From Planctomycetota bacterium (GTDB taxonomy: Bacteria > Planctomycetota > UBA1135 > UBA2386), in assembly GCA_965223545.1 (NCBI GenBank), contig OZ245006.1:4736001-4800000 (forward strand): a stretch of DNA of 64,000 nucleotides. The letters are read 5' to 3'. The notes under the pieces were generated by a model. It searched no databases. It worked only from the letters and a program-made list of their open reading frames with translations, and was not told where the DNA came from. A program made the position numbers and the translations under genes. This document shows, one piece after another, positions 9,028-17,910 of the stretch. Every line of letters begins with the position of its first letter. The stretch's first letter is position 1.

Positions 9028-11157
9028 ATGCCGTTCCGCTCTGCACCGATCGCCGCAGCCCTTTGCTGCCTGGCGCCGCAGTCCGTCGCCCAGCCACAGC
9101 CCACTTGGATCGGGGGGACGCCGGCTCCCAACACCTACCCCCACGTCGTCTACGACGAGGCGCGCGATCGAACGGTCATCTTGACGCTGCTCGGGACTTG
9201 GGAGCTCGTCGACGGCCGTTGGCAACTGAGCACCACGACCGGTCCGAAGAACGCGGTGTTCTCGGGGGCGGCCGCCTACGACTTCGATCGCCAGGTCATC
9301 GTGTTCTTCGGCAATGCTACGCAGCCGGAGACCTGGGAATACGACGGCCTGTCGTGGCGGTTGCGGCCCTCGGCGACTCAGCCCCCACCGCGGACCCACA
9401 CCATGCGGTACGACCGCGCCAACCGGCAGATGATCCTACTGTCGGCACAAGGTGGGCTGCCCACCGAGACGTGGTCTTGGGACGGCGGCTCCTGGAGCAA
9501 GCTCGCGCCGACTTGGTCCCCGCAGCTGGGGCGGGGCAAGCTGGTCTACGACACCGCGCAGAACCGGCTGCTGGCGATCTACGATTCTCGTGTCAGCGGC
9601 TCGAGCGGCATTTGGGTGTGGAACGGCGCGACCTGGGGACACATCGACCCGACACCACCGCCGTTCCTCGGTCCGCTCGGGTGGGACGAGGGACGGCAGC
9701 GCGCCGTGATGTTTGGCAACACCTTCGTGTGCGGTCCGTACGGAGCGATCTGCGAGGCCGGGGAGACTTGGGAATGGGATGGGGCGACGTGGTCGATCCT
9801 GGGTTCGTTCGGCGCGCCCGGCCGTCGGAACGACGTCGGCATGACCTACGACAGCGCCCGGGGACGCATCCTCTACGACGTCGACGACAAGACCTGGACA
9901 TGGAACGGGACGGCCTGGACGTTCGTCGCGGAGCGCTCGGCGCCGTGTGTCGGGCACATGGCCTACGACTCCGCACGCCAGGAGATCGTGCTGCACGGTG
10001 GCGTGCGCCAGTCCGTCGTCGAGACCTGGGTGTGGAACGGCGAATGGCAGCGCCGCGTGCTGCCCTCGGGCCCGCCTCTGTTCGGCCCGATCGACGATGC
10101 CCCTGGTCGGGGGCGGGTGCTGCTCGTCGAGGAGTTCGCGATGGATGTCTGGGAGTGGGATGGAAGCGCGTGGACGCGCGGCTCACCGTCGCTGACCGAG
10201 CCCTCGAGCCGTGACCTCACCGCGGGTGCGTTCGACGACGCCCGCGGCGAGTTCGTGTTGTTCGGTGGGTTCGAGGGTTGTTGCAACCGGCGCGTCGGCG
10301 ACACCTGGCTGTGGCGAGACAGTTGGCGCCAAGTCACGCCCACGACAGCTCCTTCGCCCCGGGCCAACCACGCGATGTGCTACGACCCGGTGCGGCAGCG
10401 CGTGGTGTTGTTCGGTGGTGCGCAGGAGGTGGGGGGGCTGGCGAACGACACTTGGGAGTGGGACGGCAACAGCTGGACGCAGCGCTCGCCGGTGTCCTCG
10501 CCACTACCGATGGCGGCCCACGAGATGACGTGGGACGCGACCGCGCAGCGCGTCGTCTTGTTCGGCGGCTCGACTGCGAGCGGCCGCGTCAACGACACTT
10601 GGGAATGGGATGGCAGCGACTGGACCCTGCGGCCGCCAGCACCGCAGATGCCGCCGCCGCTCATCAATCACGGGCTCGCCCATCACGCCGCCCTGCAGAT
10701 GCTGGTCGCCTTCGACGGCCATCAGCGGTCGAACACCTGCGCGACTTGGGTGTTCGGATCCCACGTGGCGGGCAGCAAGTCGGTGCGGGGATCGGGCTGT
10801 GCGGGAAGCGCAGGGGTGCCGGGCATCGGCGTGCTGGGCGTGCCACGGCTCGGCGCTCGGGTGCTGCTCGACCTCGTCGGCGGGACAGCCGTCAGCCCGG
10901 CGGTCGCGATGATCTCGGCGTCGCCTGCAAGCCTGTCCCTACCCGGCGGCTGCACCCTGCTGGTCGACCCGACCGTGGGCGCGATACTGCCGCCGTTCCT
11001 CACCAACGCGGCGGGATTCGCGTCCGTCCCGCTTTCGATCCCCGCGCTCGCGCCCCTGCGCGGCGCAACCCTCTCAGTGCAGGCCGCGGTCGCCGACCCC
11101 ACCGGGCCGCTCGGGCTGCCCTGGACCAGCGCCCTGGACCTCACCATCGGCACGTGA
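9028..11157 (+). CDS. Secreted Kelch-like (TWEWDG-repeat) beta-propeller protein with conserved C-terminal domain
   Basis: Signal peptide; repeated YD...R.VLFGG...DTWEWDG..W units; C-terminal GSGC...GC.L.VD...Q...DP...AL.L.IG domain. Confidence 0.85.
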   Translation: MPFRSAPIAAALCCLAPQSVAQPQPTWIGGTPAPNTYPHVVYDEARDRTVILTLLGTWELVDGRWQLSTTTGPKNAVFSGAAAYDFDRQVIVFFGNATQPETWEYDGLSWRLRPSATQPPPRTHTMRYDRANRQMILLSAQGGLPTETWSWDGGSWSKLAPTWSPQLGRGKLVYDTAQNRLLAIYDSRVSGSSGIWVWNGATWGHIDPTPPPFLGPLGWDEGRQRAVMFGNTFVCGPYGAICEAGETWEWDGATWSILGSFGAPGRRNDVGMTYDSARGRILYDVDDKTWTWNGTAWTFVAERSAPCVGHMAYDSARQEIVLHGGVRQSVVETWVWNGEWQRRVLPSGPPLFGPIDDAPGRGRVLLVEEFAMDVWEWDGSAWTRGSPSLTEPSSRDLTAGAFDDARGEFVLFGGFEGCCNRRVGDTWLWRDSWRQVTPTTAPSPRANHAMCYDPVRQRVVLFGGAQEVGGLANDTWEWDGNSWTQRSPVSSPLPMAAHEMTWDATAQRVVLFGGSTASGRVNDTWEWDGSDWTLRPPAPQMPPPLINHGLAHHAALQMLVAFDGHQRSNTCATWVFGSHVAGSKSVRGSGCAGSAGVPGIGVLGVPRLGARVLLDLVGGTAVSPAVAMISASPASLSLPGGCTLLVDPTVGAILPPFLTNAAGFASVPLSIPALAPLRGATLSVQAAVADPTGPLGLPWTSALDLTIGT

Positions 11158-11192
11158 CCAGTACCGAGTCTGACTCGATTTTCTCGCTTCGC
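11155..11192 (+). repeat. Dispersed ~38-bp intergenic repeat, copy A
   Basis: TGACCAGTACCGAGTCTGACTCGATTTTCTCGCTTCGC matches 38099..38134 at 32 of 38 aligned columns. Confidence 0.6.
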
Positions 11193-14100
11193 TAACAGGC
11201 TTTCGCCACCGGTGCCCGGTCGCGCTGCTGCTCGTTCGTCGGATCGCGCACCAGCCACCGCACTCCGGCGCGCAGGTCCTCGAGGATCAGATACCCCGAC
11301 GGCACCAGGATCAGCGTGATCAGGGTGGCGAACAGGACGCCGAACGCCAACGACACCGCCATCGGCATCAAGAACTGCGCCTGCACGCTGCGCTCGAGCA
11401 GCATCGGGGTCAGGCTGGCGAACGTGGTCAGCGACGTCAGCAGAATCGGACGAAAGCGCGCTGCGCCGGCCTGATGCACCGCGGCGACGCGGCCGTGGCC
11501 TTCGCGCCGCCGCTGGTTGACGTAGTCGACCAGCACGAGGCTGTCGTTGACCACGACGCCGGTCAGTGCCACCAGCCCAAGCATCGAGACGATGCTCAAC
11601 TCCATGCCCATGAAGACGTGGCCCCAGATGGCGCCGACCAGGCCGAACGGAATCACGGCCATCACCATCAGTGGCTGGGTGTAGGAGCGGAACGGGATCG
11701 CCATCAGGGCGTAGATCGCGATGAGCGCGACAATGGCTCCGCGCAACAGGCTGGCGAGCGTGCGCTGTTGCTCGCTGGCATCGCCCTCGAAGTCCGCGGT
11801 CAGGTCGGGGAACTCGGCGAGCAGGGCGGGGATCGCGTGCGCTTGCAGCTCGGCGACGATTTGGTTGGTGTTGGCGCGCTGGGCGTCGATGGCGGCGGTG
11901 ACGTTGACCGTGCGCGCCAGATCGGTGCGGGTGATCGTCGACAGGCCGCGGTCGCGCCGCAAACGAGCGACCGTCGACAGCGGGACTGCATCGCCGGTAG
12001 CGGTGCGGATTCGCATGTCGTCGAGATCGGCCACCGAGCGCCGCGCGTCGGCGGGGTAGCGCACCATCACCTTGATGTCGTCGCGGCCGCGCTGCAGCCG
12101 CTGCGCTTCTTCACCGTAGAACCCCTGCCGCACTTGTCGGGCAACGTCGCTCAACGTCAGGCCGAGGGCATCGGCCCGCGGCAACAGCTCGAAGCGCAGC
12201 TCGGGCTTGCCGGCGCGCAGGCTGTCGGCGATGTCGACGACGCCGTCGTAGCTGGCCAGCGCCGCTTTGAGGCGGTCGGCGGCGGCGCGCAGCGTGGCGA
12301 TGTCGCCGGCGGCAAGCTGCACGTCGATGTCGGGGCCGGCGCGCACGATCGTCGAGGTGAACGCGATCTCGTAGCGGTCGACGATGTCGCCGGCCAGCGC
12401 GCGCCAGCGGCGCTGGACCTCCTCGGCGGAGATCTCGCGCTCCTCGGAGGCCACCATCTGCACGTTGATCTCGCCCAGGTGCGAGCCCGACTGCGCGTCC
12501 GCCATCACTCCGGCGTTGCGCGCCATGTCGAGCTGGTAGGGCTGCTCGCCGATCGAAGTGAGGACATGGCGGAACACCGGCGCGCCGTGCTCGCGCTCGA
12601 GGTCGTCGCCGAGAGTCGTGGCGGCGGTCTCGAGCTGTCGCAGCACCGCGCGGGTGTCCGCGGCCGGAGTGCCCAACGGCAGCACCACCGAGGCCACGAC
12701 GTTGTCGCCTTCGACAGCGGGAAAGAAGTCGAACCGGATCCAGCCGCCGGCCACCAGGGTCAGCGTGATCAGCAGCGTGCCGATGCCGGTCGACCAGGTC
12801 AGGTAGCGCCAGCGCAGGCACACCGCCAGCACCGGGCGGTAGACGCGGTCGACGAACGACTCGAGCCCGCGCGACAGAGGGCGCTGCAGCGCGCCCCACG
12901 CGCGTCCGACGACGGCGAAGGCCCGTCCGATTCCGCGCCTGGGGCGGGCCTCGCCGTCGGCGCGCTCGTGCGAGAGGTGCGCCGGCAGAATCAGCTTGGA
13001 CTCGATCAGCGAGAACGCGAGACAGGGGATCACGATCAGCGGCACGTGCCGCCAGAGATCGCGCGCGTTGGTGTCGACGTCCAGCAGCGGAGTAAACGCC
13101 GCGACGGTCGTCATCACGCCGAACACCACGGGCAAGGCGACCAACTTGGAGCCGCGGATCGCGGCCTCGACACCGCTGGCTCCGCCCCGCAGTTGCTTGA
13201 AGACGCTCTCGCCGACGACGATGGCGTCGTCGACGACGATGCCGAGCACCAGGATGAACGCGAACAGCGACACCATGTTGATCGACACGCCGAACGTCGG
13301 CATCAGAGCGATGGCGCCGAGGAACGAGATCGGGATGCCCAGGCTGACCCAGAACGCCAGCCGGAAACGCAGGAACAGCGCCAGCACGCAGAACACCAGC
13401 AGCAAGCCGGTCGCAGCGTTGCGCACCAGGAGGTCGATGCGGCTGTTGAGGATGACAGTCTCGTCGCGCCACGGCGTGAGCGTGACGCCATCGGGAAGCT
13501 CGGCCTGTTTGGTTGCGACGTAGGCGCGCGCCGCGCCGCTGATGTCGAGCGCGCTCTGGTCGCCGACGCGGTAGACCTGCACCATGACCGCCGGTTCGCC
13601 ATCGAAGCGTGCGGCGGTGTCGGCGTCGGCGAACCCGTCGGTCACGGTGGCGACCGCGCCGAGCTCGACGGTGGTGCCGTCCGGGCGGCGCAGAACCACG
13701 ATGCGCTCGAACTCCTCACGACTGCGCGCCTGGCCGGCCGTGCGCAGCAGGATTTCGCCCCCGGTGGTCTTCAGCGAACCGCCGGGCAAGTCCAGCGACG
13801 ATCGGCGCACGGCGGCCGCGACCGTGTCGAAGCCGATGCCGAAGCGCCGCAACGCCTCCTCGGCGACCTCGATCGAGATCTCGTCGGGTCGCACGCTGAC
13901 CAGCTCGACCTGCGTGATGTCGGGCAAGCGCGCCAGCTCGTCGCGGACCTGCTGGCCGACGTTCTTGAGGGCGCGCTCGTCGAGGTCGCCGGAGATGGCG
14001 ATGTTGAGCACTTGTCGGCGCAGGACGACCTCCTGCACGATCGGCTTCTCGCTCTCGTCGGGAAACGTGTCGATCGCGTCGACGCGCGTCTTGACGTCGT

Positions 14101-14437
14101 TCAGCATCGCCGAGGCCTCGATCCCGGGGAGCAGCTCGACGTTGACCGCACCGCCGTTCTCGGCGGCCCGCGAGGTGATGCGCTTGACGCCGGTGAGTCC
14201 TTGGACCGCCTCCTCGATCCGCTGGCAGATCGAGTACTCGACCTCGTCCGGCGTGGCGCCGGGGTAGGCGACGGTGACGGCGATGGTTTGGGCGGCGATC
14301 TCCGGGAACACCTCCTTCTTGATGACCGGCAGCATCATCAAGCCGGAGACCACGATGAGCCACATCAACAGGTTGGCGGCGACGGTGTTGCGCGTGAACC
14401 ACGCGATCACACCGCGATGCTCGTTTGGCGTGGTCAT
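11192..14437 (-). CDS. RND efflux transporter permease (AcrB/AcrD/AcrF family)
   Basis: 1081 aa; N..AANLLM, YPGATP.EVE, GIVVDDAIVVGE, GVVVNDSLVLV, RFRPILLTSLTT motifs; two TM clusters. Confidence 0.95.
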   Translation of the reverse strand: MTTPNEHRGVIAWFTRNTVAANLLMWLIVVSGLMMLPVIKKEVFPEIAAQTIAVTVAYPGATPDEVEYSICQRIEEAVQGLTGVKRITSRAAENGGAVNVELLPGIEASAMLNDVKTRVDAIDTFPDESEKPIVQEVVLRRQVLNIAISGDLDERALKNVGQQVRDELARLPDITQVELVSVRPDEISIEVAEEALRRFGIGFDTVAAAVRRSSLDLPGGSLKTTGGEILLRTAGQARSREEFERIVVLRRPDGTTVELGAVATVTDGFADADTAARFDGEPAVMVQVYRVGDQSALDISGAARAYVATKQAELPDGVTLTPWRDETVILNSRIDLLVRNAATGLLLVFCVLALFLRFRLAFWVSLGIPISFLGAIALMPTFGVSINMVSLFAFILVLGIVVDDAIVVGESVFKQLRGGASGVEAAIRGSKLVALPVVFGVMTTVAAFTPLLDVDTNARDLWRHVPLIVIPCLAFSLIESKLILPAHLSHERADGEARPRRGIGRAFAVVGRAWGALQRPLSRGLESFVDRVYRPVLAVCLRWRYLTWSTGIGTLLITLTLVAGGWIRFDFFPAVEGDNVVASVVLPLGTPAADTRAVLRQLETAATTLGDDLEREHGAPVFRHVLTSIGEQPYQLDMARNAGVMADAQSGSHLGEINVQMVASEEREISAEEVQRRWRALAGDIVDRYEIAFTSTIVRAGPDIDVQLAAGDIATLRAAADRLKAALASYDGVVDIADSLRAGKPELRFELLPRADALGLTLSDVARQVRQGFYGEEAQRLQRGRDDIKVMVRYPADARRSVADLDDMRIRTATGDAVPLSTVARLRRDRGLSTITRTDLARTVNVTAAIDAQRANTNQIVAELQAHAIPALLAEFPDLTADFEGDASEQQRTLASLLRGAIVALIAIYALMAIPFRSYTQPLMVMAVIPFGLVGAIWGHVFMGMELSIVSMLGLVALTGVVVNDSLVLVDYVNQRRREGHGRVAAVHQAGAARFRPILLTSLTTFASLTPMLLERSVQAQFLMPMAVSLAFGVLFATLITLILVPSGYLILEDLRAGVRWLVRDPTNEQQRDRAPVAKAC

Positions 14438-15651
14438 CGCGGAGCTCTCGGTGCTGCGGATTCGACGCGGACTCGCATCCCATCGTGCGGCGCCAGCAGG
14501 CGCGTGACGCAGACTCGATCACCGTCGGTGAGGCCGTCGTCGATCAGCACGCGGTCGCCCTCGCGCCGCGCGACGCGCACCTGTCTGCGGGCGAGGCGAT
14601 CATCGCCATCGACGATCCAGACCGCGCCGTCGTCGCCGACCGCGGCCGCGGGGAGTTCGGCCACCGCGGGCAGCGTCTTGCCCTCGATCTCGGCGAGGAC
14701 GAACATGCCGACGGCCAGCGGTGGGCGCTCGGGCGCGTCGCCGCGGTCATAGGGGCGGTCGACGCGTGCGACGACGTACACCGTGCCCGTGCCGGCGTCG
14801 ATCTGGCCCTCGACCCGATCCAGCCGGCCGCGCCAGTGGTGGGTGGTGCCGGCGAAGTCAGCGCGCAGCACCACCGCGGGGCCGGCGGACGCGGCGCCGC
14901 TGCCGTGGTGGTCGAGGCCGATGTCGAGGAAGGCGAGGGAGTCGTCGGCCAATGGCAGCCGCACCTCGGCGCTGTCGATCGCGTAGATGGTGGCGAGTGC
15001 GACGCCCGGCCGGACGTACTGGCCGACGTCGATGTCCTCGACGCGCACGCGGCCGGCGAACGGCGCCAAGAGAGCGGTCCGCGCGCGCTGCAGCTCCGCC
15101 AGCTGCAGCGCTGCCTGCGCCGCGGCCAACGTCGCCTCGGCGCGCGCCACTTGCGGGCCGCGCAGCACCAGCGGCGACGGCGATCGCTGTAGGCCCAAAG
15201 TCTCCCACTCGGCCCTGGCGGTCGCCGCCTCGGCCTGCTCGATCTCCAGTTGCATCTCGGCCTGGGCGACCTCGGCGCGCGCTCGCGTGACCGCGAGTTC
15301 GTAGTCGCGCGGATCGAGCTGCACGAGCACCGTGCCCGCATCGAAGAAGCCACCGCTGGCGAGCGCCGGCGCGACCGACACGACGCGGCCACCGACCTCG
15401 GCGACCAGCTCGATCTCGATCGGTGGAGTCACCGTACCCTGCGCTGCGATGCGCACCGCGTGTTCGCGCAGCGCGACCGGCATCACTTCGACGACCGGCG
15501 CGGTATCGCTCGGGGTCGCGGCCTCCGGACGCGGCCGCTCCGCCAGCAGCCATGCCGCGCCGCCGATGGCAAACGCCAGCACCAGCACGGCAGCAGTGAT
15601 GTGGACGACGGTTCTCAACGGTCTGCCTCGCTCGTTGGTTTGCCGGTTCAT
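14434..15651 (-). CDS. RND efflux membrane fusion protein
   Basis: N-terminal TM; AEVGGRVV and APFAGRV lipoyl half-motifs flanking a coiled coil; GLTDGDRV; ATGA overlap with permease. Confidence 0.93.
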   Translation of the reverse strand: MNRQTNERGRPLRTVVHITAAVLVLAFAIGGAAWLLAERPRPEAATPSDTAPVVEVMPVALREHAVRIAAQGTVTPPIEIELVAEVGGRVVSVAPALASGGFFDAGTVLVQLDPRDYELAVTRARAEVAQAEMQLEIEQAEAATARAEWETLGLQRSPSPLVLRGPQVARAEATLAAAQAALQLAELQRARTALLAPFAGRVRVEDIDVGQYVRPGVALATIYAIDSAEVRLPLADDSLAFLDIGLDHHGSGAASAGPAVVLRADFAGTTHHWRGRLDRVEGQIDAGTGTVYVVARVDRPYDRGDAPERPPLAVGMFVLAEIEGKTLPAVAELPAAAVGDDGAVWIVDGDDRLARRQVRVARREGDRVLIDDGLTDGDRVCVTRLLAPHDGMRVRVESAAPRAPR

Positions 15652-17096
15652 TCCTCGACGGCGTGGGCGTCGTCGCCGGTGGGGGGTGGTGGTGGTTCGA
15701 AGCCGCCGCCGAGTGCCAGGTGCAGATCGACGCGGGTGTCGAGCAGCGCGCGCTGCACCGCGATGCGTTGCCCGGCCGCGTCCAGCGCGCGCCGCTGCGC
15801 ATCGAGCACGGCGAGCAGGTCGGACAAGCCGCGCTGGTAGCGCTGCTCCGCGGTGGTGCGCGCTTCGACCGCGCGCCGCTCGGCTTCGAGCAGGGCGCTG
15901 GCGCGCTGGCGCAAGAAGGCCTCCGCCGCGAGCGCGGACTCGACTTCGGTGTAGGCCGTCAGGGCAGTACGCGCGTACGCCGCCGCCGCCTCACCGGCGC
16001 GGGCGCGGGCCAGCTCGACGTCCTTCTGCCGGCGACCGTTGGTGAGCAGCGGCTGCACGAGCCCGGCGGCCAGCTGCCAGACGTAGAAGTCGGGGTCGAC
16101 GAGGTCCTCGAGCGCGCCGCTGGCAGTGCCGGCGCTCGCGGTGAGGCCGAGGCTGGGAAACAGCGCGGCGCGCGCCGCCTCGACGCGCTGGCCGGTCGCG
16201 GCCAACCGCCGTTCGGCGGCCTGCACATCGGGGCGCCGGCAGAGCAGCGCCGCCGGCAGGCCCACGGGCGGTGGCTCCGGCAGGGCCGGCAGCTGCTCCG
16301 GCGCCGCCAGCAGGCCGCGCGGGTAGCGCCCCAGCAGCGCTTCCAGCTGGCGCCGTGCCCGCGCCTGCCGCTCCCGCTGGGCGGCGCCGCCGGCGCGGCT
16401 CGCGGCGAGGCTGGCCTGCGCGAGCTGTAGGTCGAGCACCGGGCGCACGCCGTTGACGACGCGGTCCTCGACGCGCGCCGCGGTCAGCGCGAACAGCTGC
16501 TCGGTCTCGTCGGCCAAGGCGATCTGCTGGCTGGTCTCGACCAGCGCCCAGTAGGCCTTCGCAGTCTGCGCTGCCAGCGACTGCCGCGCTCCGCGCAGCT
16601 CGTGCTCGGCGGCCTGGAGCTCGGCGACCGCCGCCCGCTGGCCGGCGCGCAGCCGACCCCAGAGGTCGATCTCCCAAGAGGTCGACAACGACACGCCGAG
16701 CTGGGTGAACGTGCGCGTGAGGGTGCCACCGGTGCCGGGAATCGGCAGGCCGATGAAGTTCTGCCGCTGACGCGACGCATCGAGGCGCAGGTCCAGGGTC
16801 GGCTGCAGCGCGACGCCGGCGAGCTCGGCCTGCACCGCGGCCGCCTGCATCCGCGCGGCCGCTGCGCGCAGGTCGTGATTGTGGCGTTGGGCCTCGACGA
16901 TCAGTGCCGACAGGCCGGCGTCGCCAAACCGCTGCCACCACTGTGTGTCGACGCTCGCCTCGCGGTCGGTGCTCGCCTGCCAGCGCGGTGGAATCGGCGC
17001 ATTCAGCGGTGGCGGGGCTACCGGCGGTGGCGACACGGTGCACGCGCTGACCGCGAGCGCAGCGAACAGAACGCAGCGGCGCCGCGGGTGCTTCAT
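15648..17096 (-). CDS. Outer membrane efflux lipoprotein (NodT/OprM/TolC family)
   Basis: Lipobox LAVSAC; WW..F.D..L..LI..A...N.DL; SWEIDLWGRLR; RRPDVQAAE; L.LALGGGF. Confidence 0.93.
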   Translation of the reverse strand: MKHPRRRCVLFAALAVSACTVSPPPVAPPPLNAPIPPRWQASTDREASVDTQWWQRFGDAGLSALIVEAQRHNHDLRAAAARMQAAAVQAELAGVALQPTLDLRLDASRQRQNFIGLPIPGTGGTLTRTFTQLGVSLSTSWEIDLWGRLRAGQRAAVAELQAAEHELRGARQSLAAQTAKAYWALVETSQQIALADETEQLFALTAARVEDRVVNGVRPVLDLQLAQASLAASRAGGAAQRERQARARRQLEALLGRYPRGLLAAPEQLPALPEPPPVGLPAALLCRRPDVQAAERRLAATGQRVEAARAALFPSLGLTASAGTASGALEDLVDPDFYVWQLAAGLVQPLLTNGRRQKDVELARARAGEAAAAYARTALTAYTEVESALAAEAFLRQRASALLEAERRAVEARTTAEQRYQRGLSDLLAVLDAQRRALDAAGQRIAVQRALLDTRVDLHLALGGGFEPPPPPTGDDAHAVEE

Positions 17097-17743
17097 CGGC
17101 CGGGCTCCGTTGCGGTCTTGGTCCGCACCGGCGCGCGAAACCCCGCCGCCAAGTAGGGCACCAGATGATCCAAGATCACCTCGGGATCGCGCGTGTCGCC
17201 GACCGAGTCGCCGAGTAGGCACAGTCGATGCACGTCCGCCAGGGTGTGACACATCACGCCGATCATGAAGTGGACCCGCCACGCCAGTGTTGCCGGCGGC
17301 AGCTGCGGGGTGGCGCGGGCCAGAGCGGCGAGCAAACGGTCGCGGACTTCCTCGAATTGCGAAACGACCGGTTGCCAGTGAGCACCGGGTTCTGTGTAAG
17401 TGCGGCCGGCGAGCCGCATGAAGGTCGGTCCGTCCGGGTCGCGCACCAACCGCAGCGCCGGCGCCAAGAACACCTCCAACACCTCCTCCAACGTCGGCTC
17501 GGTCTGGGCGCGCTCGAGTGCGTCGAGTCCCTCGATGCGGGCGCGATTGATCGGCGCGATCCGGCGCTCGAACACCGCCTGCCACAGCGCTTCCTTGGAG
17601 CCGAAGTGGTAGTGCACCGCGGCGAGGTTGGCCTCGGCGCGGGCGGTGATCGCGCGCAGGCTGGTGGCGGCGAAACCGTGATCGGCGAAGAGCGCTTCGG
17701 CGGCGTTGAGGATGCGTTCGCGGGTGTCCTGGGCAGGATTCAT
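17093..17743 (-). CDS. TetR family regulator, PsrA-like
   Basis: TRERILNAAEALFADHGFAATSLRAIT..A.ANLAAVHYHFGSKEAL HTH; first gene of the efflux operon with 4-bp overlaps. Confidence 0.92.
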   Translation of the reverse strand: MNPAQDTRERILNAAEALFADHGFAATSLRAITARAEANLAAVHYHFGSKEALWQAVFERRIAPINRARIEGLDALERAQTEPTLEEVLEVFLAPALRLVRDPDGPTFMRLAGRTYTEPGAHWQPVVSQFEEVRDRLLAALARATPQLPPATLAWRVHFMIGVMCHTLADVHRLCLLGDSVGDTRDPEVILDHLVPYLAAGFRAPVRTKTATEPGR

Positions 17744-17757
17744 GGACCGGATTGGAG

Positions 17758-17773
17758 TCAAACGTTCGTTTGA
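17758..17773. promoter_or_regulatory. Probable TetR operator (TCAAACG-TT-CGTTTGA)
   Basis: Perfect 7-bp inverted repeat 14 bp upstream of the tetR ATG; fits the PsrA consensus (G/C)AAAC-N2-4-GTTT(G/C). Confidence 0.8.
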
Positions 17774-17910
17774 AACGTACGCATGATTCGGCTCGCGGTC
17801 ACCCTGCCCGATAGAGGAAAAATTGCCGGTTCGCGGAGGCCTCGGGATGGCCGCGCCGCCGATTCCCGGTCACATTCAGCGCGGTCCCGGCATTCGGACC
17901 GGCACCGCCG

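Noticed and set aside
11474..14752. Long antisense or alternative-frame ORFs (also 17758..21186, 25030..27801, 32710..36081, 44397..47519, 49225..52818)
   Set aside because: Shadow ORFs expected at ~70% GC; they overlap well-supported genes and carry no recognisable motifs.
15648..17585. ORF-track N-terminal extensions (also 28731..31445, 28051..29148, 60149..62134, 61369..62985, 21340..24870)
   Set aside because: They overlap upstream genes; internal starts giving signal peptides, lipoboxes or expected family N-termini are more plausible.
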